From assembly GCF_009914755.1 (NCBI RefSeq), contig NC_060926.1: 64,000 bases of DNA, one strand, 5' to 3'. Position 1 is the first letter of the stretch; each line of letters begins with the position of its first letter. Below, in pieces: positions 53,396-64,000 of this stretch. The notes beneath the pieces were generated by a model. It saw only the letters and a list, made by a program, of their open reading frames with translations. It was not told the origin of the DNA and made no database searches. A program made the translations under genes and the position numbers. The DNA is from the human T2T-CHM13v2.0 reference genome, Homo sapiens.

Positions 53396-56300
53396 TGTGC
53401 TATAAGATAGCATTTGCAAGCCTCATGGTAACCTCATACAATTAATACACAAAAAATAAAAAGCAAGAAACTAAATCATATCACCAGAGGAAACCATTTT
53501 CACTAAAGGGAAACAGGAAGGAGACAAAAAAGACCAGAAAATAAATAACAAAGTGGCAGGAATAAGTCCTTACTTATCAATAATAACATTGAATGTAAAT
53601 GGACTAAATTCTCCAATCAAAAGACATAGAATGACTGGCTGAATGGATGAAAAAATAAGACCTATTGATCTGTTGCCTACAAGAAACACACTTCACCTAT
53701 AAAGACACATATACACTGAAAATAAAGGGATGGAAAAAGATATTCCATGCCAACAGAAACCAAAAAAGAGCAGGAGTAGCTATGCTTATATCAGACAAAA
53801 TATATTTTGAAACAAAAACCTATAAGAAGAGACAAAGATCACTATATAATGATAAAGGGGTCAATTCAGCAAAAGGATATAACAATGTTAAATATATATG
53901 TACCCAACACTGGAATACCCAGATATATAAAGCAAATATTAATTAGAGATAAGGAGAGAGATAGGCCCCAGTGCAATAACAGCTGGAGACTTCAACACCG
54001 CACCTTCGGCATTGGACAGATCTTCCAGACAGAAAATCAACAAAGAAACATCAGATTAATCTGCACTATAGGCCAAATGGATCTAATTGGTATTTACAGA
54101 ACATTTCATCCAATGGCTGCAGAATACACATTCCTTTCCTCAGCACATGGCTCGTTCTCAAGGATAGACCATGTTAGGTCACAAAACAGGTCTTAAAACA
54201 TCCAAAAAAATCAAAATAATATCCAGCATCTTCTCTGACCACAATGGAATAAAACTAGAAATTAATAACAAGAGGAATTTTGGGAACTATACAAATACAT
54301 AGAAATTAATATGTTCCTGAATGACCAATGAGTCAATGAAGAAATTGAGAGGGAATTTGAAAAATTTCTTGACATGAATGACAATGGAAACACAACATGC
54401 CAAAACCCATGGAATACAGCAAAAGCAGTACTCAGAGGGACATTTATAGCTTTAAGTGCCTACAACAAAAAAGAGGAAAAACTTCAAATAAACAATCAAT
54501 GATGCATCTTAAAGAACTAGAAAAGCAAGAGCAAACCAAAACCAAAATTAGTAGAAGAAAAAAAAAATAAAGATCAGAGAAAAAATAAATGACATTGAAA
54601 TGAAAAAAATTATATAAAAGATCAACAAGACAAAAAGTTAGTGTTTTGAAAAGTTAAACAAAATTGACAAACCTTTAGCTAGACTAAGAAAAAAAGAGAG
54701 AAGATCCAAATAAATAAAATCAGAAATGAAAAAGGAGATATTACAACTGATACTGAAGAAATGCAAAGAATCATTAGTAGCTACTATAAGCAATTATATG
54801 CCAATAAATTGGAAAATCTAGAAGAAATGGACAAATTCCTAGACACATACAACCTACCAAGATTGAACCATGATGAAATCCAAAACTTGGACAGACCAAT
54901 AACAAGTAATGAGATTAAAGCTGTAATAAAAAGCCTTCCACTAAAGAAAACCCTGGGACCCTATGACTTCACTGCTAAATTCTACCAAACATTTAAAGAA
55001 GAACTAATACCAATCCTAGTCAAACTATTCCAAAAAGTAGAGGAAGAGGGAATACTTCCAAACTCATTCTACAAGGCCAGTACTACCCTGATACCAAAAC
55101 CAAAGACACATCCGAAAAAGAAAACTACAGGCCAATATCTCTGATTGAAGCAAAAATCAACAACAAAATACTAGCAAACTGAATTCAGTAATACATTAGA
55201 AAGACCATTCATCATGACCAAGTGGGATTTATCTCTGGGATGCAAGGATAGTTTAACATACATAAATCAATCAATGTGATACATCGTATCAACAGAATGA
55301 AGGATAAAAACCATATAATCATTTCAATTGATGCTGAAAAAGCATTTGATAAAATTCAACATCTTTTCATGATAAAATCCCTAAAAAAACTGGGTATAGA
55401 GGGAACATACCTCAACATAATAAAAGCCATATACAACAGACCCACAACCAGTATCATACTGAATGGGGAAAAACTAAAAACCTCTCCTCTAAGATCTGGA
55501 CAAGGATGCCCAGTGTCACCACTGTTATTCACCATAGTACTGGAAGTCCTAGCTAGAGCAATCAGACAAGAGAAAGATATAAAGGGCATCCAAATTGGAA
55601 AGGAAGAAGTCAAATTATCTTTGTTTGCAGATGACGTGATCTTATATTTGGAAAAACCTAATGACTCCACCAGAAAACTGTTAGAAGTGATAAACAAATT
55701 CAGCAAATTTGCAGGATACCAAGTCAGCATACAAAAATCAGTAGCATTTCTATATGCCAACAGTGAACAATGTGAAAAAGAAATTTAGCAAGTAATCCCA
55801 TTTATAATAGCCACACAAAAATACCTAGGAATTAGCTTAACCAAAGAAGTGAAATATTTGTATAATGAACACTATAAAACACTGATGAAAGATTGAAGAT
55901 GAAAGATGAAAGATTGAAGAGGACATCAAAAATTGAAAAATATTTTGTGTTTATGAATTGGAAGAATTAATATTGATAACATGTCCATACTACTCAAAGC
56001 AATCTACAGATTCAGTGCAATCCTTACCAAAATACCAATGACATTTTTCACAGAAATAGAAAAAACTACCGCAAAATTTATATGAAACTACAAAAGGCCC
56101 AATTGCCAAAGCTATCCTCAGCAAAAAGAACAAAACTGGAGGAATCCACATTACCTGACTTCGAATTATATTACAGAGCTACAGCAACCAAAACAGCATG
56201 GTACTGGCATAAAAACAGACACATAGACCAATGGAACAGAATAGAGAACCCAGAAACAAATCCACACAGCTCCAGTGAACTTATTTTCAACAAAGGTGCC

Positions 56301-58139
56301 AAGAATATACAGTGGGGAAAAGACGGTCTTCAATAAATGCTGCTGGGAAAACTGGATATTCATATGCAAAAGAATGAAGCTAGGCTGCTACCTCTCATCA
56401 TATACAAAATTCAAATAAAAATGGATTAAAGATGTAAGTCTAAGACCTCAAACTATGAAACTACTTCAAGAGAACATTGGGGAAAATCTCCAGGACATTG
56501 GTCTGGACAAAAATTTCATGAGCAGTACCCCACAAGCACAGGCAACCTAAGCAAAAATGAACAAATGGAATCATATCAAGTTAAAAGGCTGCTGCACAGC
56601 AAAGGATACAGTCAACAAAGTGAAGAGACAACTCACAGAATGGGAGAAAATATTTGCAAACTACCCATCTGACAAGGGATTAATCACCAGAATATATAAG
56701 GAGCTGAAACAACTATATAGGGAAAAAATAAAATAATCCAATCAAAAAATGAGCAAAAGATTTGAATTGACATTTCTCAAAAGAAGACCTATGGCACACA
56801 GGCATATGAGATGGTACTTAACATTATCAATCATCAGAGAAATGCAAATCAAAAGTACAATGAGATATCATCTCACCCCAGTTAAAATGGCTTTTATACA
56901 AAAGACAAACAATAACAAATGCTGGCCAGGATGTAGAGAAAAGGGAACCCTTGTACACTGTTGGTGGGAATGTAAATTAGGACAACCACTATGGAGAATA
57001 GTTTGGAGGTTCCTCAAAAAACTAAAAATTGAGCTACCCTATGATTCAGCAATTCTACTGGTAGGTATACACCCTAAAGAAAGGAAATCATAGGATATCC
57101 GCACTCCTATGTTTGTTGCAGCACTGTTTACAATAGCCAAAATTTGGAAGCAACCTAACTGTCCATTAACAGATGACTGGATAAAGAAAATATGGTACCT
57201 ATACACAATAGAGTAGTATTCAGCCATAAAAAGAATGAGGTTTAGTCATTTGCAACAACATGGATGGAACTGGAGATCATTATATGAAGTGAAATAAGCC
57301 AGGCACAGAAAGACAAACATCACATGTTCTCACTAATTTGTGGGATCTAAAAATCAAAACAATTGAACACATGGACATAGAGAGTAGAAAGATGGTTATC
57401 AGAGGCTGGGAAGAGTAGTGGGGGGTTGGGGGAATGGCTAATGGGTACAAAATTAGAAAGAATAAGACCCACTATTTGATGGCAGAACATTATGACTATA
57501 GTCAATAATAACTTAATTACACCTTTAAAAATAACTTAAAAGAGTGTATTGGATTGTTTGTAACTGAAAGGATAAATGCTCAAGGGAATGGATTAAAAAA
57601 TATACAAGTAAATAACCAGAATGGCCCACAGCTGAGAACTGTCCTAAAGCCAGGCACAGTTAATGGGGTGAAAGCAACCTGCGCTATGTGACCAGAAGAG
57701 GGAGAACAAGGAGAGTGGCTGCTTTTGAGAGTTCTGGGACTAGGCAAGGACAAGAACCCTTTTCAAGTGAGTGGAAATTACCAGGTCGTCCTACTGGTTT
57801 GTGCTGGCGAATCTTGTTCTGGCATCAACAAGTAGAAGGGTGACAAGCACACCCGTGGGGAACTTTCCAACCCCACACAGGGGCATGGAGCTGAGCATGT
57901 TTGGAGTCTTTACCTTTCCGGATTGCTCGTTAAAACAACATGTTCAGGGTGGAAAGTTGCAGGAGATTCTCTCAAAATTCTTTTTTATTTGTTTTGAAGG
58001 AACTCTTAGGGAAACCTTAGACCCTTAGCATTGGCTGCAGTGAACAAGTTATCTGCAAATGGAAACAGCAGTTTCTTTGCTAGTGGGTCTAAAACTACCT
58101 CCTGTTTGGTTTAATCTGTTGTAAGACTCCCCTTCCACA

Positions 58140-58501
58140 GGATCCAGGGCTCTCTGGAAGCAGGTGCTGAGATGGAGTTTGGTGTGGATGGTATTAATTA
58201 GGGGTAAACACCTATGAAGGTCAGGCAGCCGCAGTAGGACTGGGCAGAGAGAGGGGTCACACTGTGATTCAAGCTGGATAAAGCCCATCCCATAGGCATG
58301 TATGGCCCATTGGTGTTGTTTATGGGTGGGCAGAAGTGTCCAGGCATTTAGATGCCCTTCCCATGATCAGTCACTGGATGTGGGCATGGTCTTGGTGAGG
58401 CAGCTCTCAGCCAACCCTGAGGGAGCTGGAGGTTGTCCACTGGCTGTGGCAAGTCCTTCTTTGAGGGGCAGCTGAGTTGGCATATCTCTGTGTCTACCAC
58501 A
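58140..58501 (-). mobile_element. LTR16-like ERVL LTR
   Basis: gaagcaggtgctgagatggagtttggtgtg...aaacacctatgaagg; ends tctaccaca. Confidence 0.6.
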
Positions 58502-58695
58502 CTATCCCCCTAGTGGACCTTGTCCCACTTGCTGGCTTGGACCCACAGACCTGCTAATGTGGTGTGTGCAAGAGGGACTTGGCTCATTTTGCACTGCCCC
58601 TGAAAGCAGACATGTGACCATCAGGGAAATGCGCCAAGGAGGCCAACCTCAGCTCAGAACAAAAGGCTTAATCATAAATGTCTCTTTACAATGGG

Positions 58696-58812
58696 ACAGA
58701 GCGATAGCAACCAAAACAGCATGGTACTGGCATAAAAACAGACACTTAGACCAATGGAACAGAATAGAGAACCCAGGAACAAATCCACACAGCTACAGTG
58801 AACTTATTTTCA
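58696..58812 (+). repeat. 117 bp copy of L1 segment 56173-56289
   Basis: 112/117 identical by manual alignment. Confidence 0.9.
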
Positions 58813-58988
58813 CTTATATTTTCACTTATTTCACCTTATAAAAAGAGGTGCAGACGTCCTGCACCACTGGAATACTCACACAGAGCTTGGGGACCTGTGT
58901 GACAAGATGGAGAAGGGATTTCTACATTGAGCCTGAGAGTGGACTGGTGCCTTCTGGGGCTCCTTATGTCTCTGGGAGTGTGTGGCTA

Positions 58989-59082
58989 ATGGGGCCATCT
59001 CAGGCTGTACTTCCAGGTGGCTACTCTTGGCCTCTGGGGCTCTGTCTGCTGTTGTCACCTCTAGAGGTGATGTCCATTTCAG
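58989..59082 (+). CDS. Candidate signal-peptide exon MGPSQAVLPGGYSWPLGLCLLLSPLEVMSIS(G)
   Basis: TATAAAA at 58837, ATGG start, hydrophobic WPLGLCLLL, phase-1 donor CAG|GTGAGT. Confidence 0.28.
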
Positions 59083-59157
59083 GTGAGTCCATTGGCTACT
59101 TCCAGCATCTTGCCACAGGCCAGGTCCCACTTAGCCCAGACAAGGTCCAAATCTGGT

Positions 59158-59236
59158 TCAGATAATTCTACAGGCTGTCCCTGTCAGATACCCCACCTCA
59201 GAGAATTCTACAGGCATCCCTGTCAGATGCCCCACC
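59158..59236. repeat. Tandem duplication of ~40 bp
   Basis: tcaga.aattctacaggc..tccctgtcagat.ccccacc twice. Confidence 0.9.
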
Positions 59237-61399
59237 CATCACACCACTTGCCTGGCTGCCAGTCTTGGTTCCCCTTCCCATTTGGCCACTTTTGGATTTA
59301 CCAGCTCCAGCATGGGCCCACACACCCCACGGGACACTGCCCCCACTGGCTGGCCCTCAGCCCTCTGCCTGAAGCCTTGGGCGTGCCACACTGTACTTCC
59401 TCTCCCGGGCAGGTCCTGGTGACTTCACCAGCTGGTGATGGCACCTCCTGCCCATCCCTGTCCTGGAGGCAAGAACAGACAGTAACGAGTCCTGAACGTT
59501 CATAATCCCCTTGGTACATGAGGTTGCCTTTTATTTGCTCAAGCTGTACTTACACAAATTCCAGAGGTTGCCGCCTTTTCCTTGTATTTCAGAAATTGAT
59601 AAACAGTCATGTTTATTTTATTCATGCTGCTCATTATTTCATATATATGTTTAAAAATCTTAGTGTATCCTACACATAAAATGATATGCGTTATGTACGT
59701 GTTACCATGTCTGAGCACCTACCGTCTGGTGTAAGACATGGAAATTTATCAGTACTTTTGAAATTCCCTGCAGTCTTTTCTCTCCCAGAAGTAGAAGGGG
59801 GGCCTGTCCTGAATTTCAGGCGCATCATTCCTTTGCCTTCCTTTACAGCCTACCTCCTATAGCATATGCGATTTGCTTTTGCTAATTTAAAAAATTTATA
59901 TAAATAGATTCTACTATATTATTCTTTGTGATGCGTTTTTCCCTCCTACTCAGTCGTATGTGTTTGAGATCCAGCCATGCTATAGGGGAATGTGGTTTGT
60001 GATTTTATACTTCAGTCAGGCACCTCCTTAGTCTTCCTCTTTCCCATGATCCTGTGGGTTGGAGGGTCCTGGGCTTTCGGCTCATCTTTGTACAACAGTC
60101 CCGCAGGAGATCGCCTTTCTTTCTTTGCCTCTTTCTTATTATTCCCCTCTTGTCTCCTTTGCATCTTCCACTATAACCTCCTTCAAGTGCTAGACTATCC
60201 CTCCCTCACCACACACATGCACATATGCACAGGGTTTCTGGAGACAAATATAAAACCATGGAGTTCATATGGACGTTGAGGATTGCAAATCTTTTACTTT
60301 GCTGAAATCTGGACCCTGGGGCAGAAATGAGTTTTCTCTTCCTGCTTTAGCAGAGTGAAGCACGTTGACTTACTGCAACTGGACTGGGCAGGCAATGTTT
60401 TGCGAACTTTAGTGAGCACCAGAATTCCTGGGTCTGGGGCTGAGGGCTTGTTAATTAGGCAGATCATGGGACCCCCTTCCCCAGAGGCTCAGAAACAGAA
60501 GACGTGGGGTGGGGCCCAGGAATATGCATTTTAACGGATATACTCTTCTCCATCCAGCGATTCTGATGCAGAACGTCCTCCGGCCACTCTTTTAGCAGAC
60601 ACCGGCCTCTGCCTGGGCCAGAACAAGAGGCACCTGACCTGAAATGTGGTCAATCTCTAAGCATGTCTCTTGGCCAGACATTAAATGAAAGCCTGTCCCC
60701 TGAGCTTTCAACACTAAGTCTGAGTAAAAATAAATCTTCACTGAGGCTTGAAGTCCTGGCAATGACTGTACCCCCGGAGAGAAAGGTCAGGCAGCCTTCA
60801 GACCTGGTGCTCTAAAACTTGGCCACTCTGTCCACGGTTGAGTGGAGTGGAGCTTGCTACCTTTCCACACACACAGCTGGGAGAAGGAGCGGATGCTTGC
60901 TGCAGGTGTATGAAATGGCTAAGCCCCCAGGCCGACGCCAGCGGTCCACGGGGCTGGCTCATGACTTGGGGAGCCATAGCAGCAGCAGCAACTGCTGGAG
61001 GCACAGAGCCTGGCCCGCAGGCACTTGGGAGCCCTCAGATGTGAGTAGGCCCGCTCTGGCGGCAGGCCTTCCTCAGGCATTTTGCAGGCTGGCCAACTTG
61101 GTTTGGCTGGGGAGAAGAATTAGCACTAGACATCTTTGGCAGGATCTATTGACATGGGCACCTGTCTGCACTGCCCCCGTGGGACAAAGATCTTAGTGGT
61201 CACACTGGGGTCACCAGTCACTGGGGCCACTGGGGCATGTTGGCAGCGATACCCAGGGAAGCAGCTAAACCATTCTTTTTCAGCCTAATGGAATGAAAAA
61301 CAAACATTTTGAGCCAAGGGCAGTGGAGAGGCACTGGGTGGTACAGGGGAGCCTGGGACATCTGTTCATCCGTGGTCGATGGGGCTGGGGGAGACATGG

Positions 61400-62680
61400 G
61401 GACATCATTCAGTAAGTGAGCCTGGCTCTACATGGTGCTGGCACCTCAGTGATGAACAAGAGACGGGGTCCCTGGCCTCACTGAGCTTTGTCTAGGTCAG
61501 TGATCATCACAGATGTTTACAAACTGAAGTATCTGCTAGGTCAGTGGGGACACACAGAGGAGAGATGAACTTGATTTTAGTAGTCAAGGAATGCTCCACA
61601 GAGGAAGAGATGGTTACGCCGGGCCCTAAAGGCGTGGTGGGAATCAGAAAGTTAGGAGAGGGCACTCCAGGCGGAGAAAACGTCAAGGACAAAGGCCTGG
61701 ATGGGATTCAGCGGGTCGCAAACTTTGCTTCTGAGAATTCTCCTAGAATGCACGTTAAGGTGCCTGGGCTCAGGTGCGGCATGGAGTGGGCTCTTTGGAG
61801 AACTGTGGGGAGTTCAGTGCAGCTGGGACCTGGTGGAGGGGGCCTGAGACACAGACCTGGGAAAAGGGCAGTGGGCCGTGAGCCAGGCTTTTCATGCCAG
61901 GCTAGGGAGTGAGAAAGAAAAGAAACTTTTCAATCTGAGGAACGTCAGCCCTTTTAAAATACCAGGCCCAGAGAGACATTTAAAATGTGGCTGTAGTTAT
62001 GTCTCACTCTCCGCATGAGATCAATAATTCCCTCTTGAAGCCACTTGCCATGTGGGCTCTAGACTAACTGACACTCAGTAGCTATAAAATGCCACACTCT
62101 GGACACCATAACTCATACCCTATAGTTTAACAATGGTCAACAATGTATAGCCAATCACTAATCAGTGTTATTTCTGAAAACCAATGAGAACTGTCAAAGA
62201 ACTTCATATCATCCCACTCCTTGTTCCCTTTTGCCTTTGAAAATTTGCTTGTAACAAAGGTGGAACGGAACACTCCCCAGGGCAACTTGGAAGTATGTCC
62301 TGGGCAGCTGCCCTCACTTTGGCTCAAATAAACTCTTTAAGGCCAGGCATAGTGGCTCATCCTTGTAATCCCAACACTTTGGGTAGGCCAAGGCAGGAGG
62401 ACTGCTTGAGGTCAGGAGTTCAAGACCAGCTCTGGGCAACATTGCAAGAACCTGTCTCTGCAACAACAACAAAAAATACATAAAAATTTAAAAATCAAGT
62501 AAACTCTTTAAAATGGTGTTTCATGCCTTCTTCCTCTAGGTCAATAGGACCTTGGCAGTGGCAGCCAGGGGAGGGTTTAGTAGGGTGTGCCCTTTTCTTG
62601 CATCTTGGGAAGATCACATAGGAGCCCTGTGGAGGGGGCAAGGCCAGAATCAGGGTGCTTCTTAGGAGCCTGTCAGTCTC
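61400..62680 (-). mobile_element. L2 fragments split by MER65 LTR
   Basis: catcattcagtaag...gtccctggcctcactgagct...; tgccaggctagggag. Confidence 0.6.
61910..62546 (+). mobile_element. MER65-like ERV1 solo LTR with nested Alu monomer (62341-62495)
   Basis: tgagaaagaaaa...tctgaggaa...ccaggcccagagag; TSD ggag/ggac; Alu TSD taaactctttaa. Confidence 0.8.
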
Positions 62681-63042
62681 TAAAGATATGTGGTCCTGAG
62701 AGCCTGAAGAGAGAAGAATTTTTTAAAAGTTCTTCAGAGATAGAAAGAGAAGATATTGACATTATCTATACAGCCAGAGAGTGATGAGGCCCCAGGCTGT
62801 ACTCTGATTTGAAAACTGAATAATGATGTGATACACATCAAAAGAAGGTGAGCCACCTCCTTTAACTTACAACAACCCTGAAATGAAAGATAAAAAAGGG
62901 GTAGGGGATCCTTTCAGAGTTACCCACAAGAATCTATTCAGAGCCTGGCCAAAATCTGGTCCATAGATGACTGAGAAGCAATTTTCCCCTAAGTAAAGTG
63001 TTTCCAAACTTCCACAGTGATAAGATAAAACTGGGGCTGTTA

Positions 63043-63522
<480 letters not shown>

Positions 63523-63559
63523 TTAGGCCCATGAAAATTAAAGATTAAGTACAGTATAG

Positions 63560-63899
<340 letters not shown>

Positions 63900-64000
63900 A
63901 GTATTAATTCTTTTGTTTTAGGAATACTCTACACATAGTTGGCATTTTAAGTACTTATGATGTTTAAGAGAATTTGGTCTATGAGAGGAACAGCTGAGGC

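Noticed and set aside
53665-57093. ORFs with endonuclease and reverse-transcriptase motifs
   Set aside because: Fragments of a dead L1 ORF2 with many stops and frameshifts; not a functional gene or novel RT system.

Overview
Primate (human-like) genomic DNA, dominated by transposable elements: about 50 Alu copies or fragments, four sizeable L1 insertions with recognisable target-site duplications (TSDs), many solo LTRs (MaLR MST/THE1/MLT1; ERV1 LTR10, MER4A1, MER34, LTR8B, MER65; ERVL LTR16), DNA-transposon fossils and L2/MIR relics. No intact protein-coding gene is supported; nearly all supplied ORFs are Alu/L1 translations or chance ORFs. Signals not explained by repeats: two candidate signal-peptide (leader) exons with strong phase-1 donors (49.7 kb, downstream of RUNX/E-box/ETS motifs; 59.0 kb, downstream of a TATA box), a CTCF site with its upstream motif beside a long CT/CCCT tract, and a perfect 4x28 bp CpG-retaining minisatellite. 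Unusual mutational scars: a 117 bp local templated copy of an L1 segment with an iterative junction, a poly(A)-only insertion with a perfect TSD, and two inverted L1MA copies sharing private variants. Subfamily names come from recalled consensus sequences and need RepeatMasker/Dfam confirmation.
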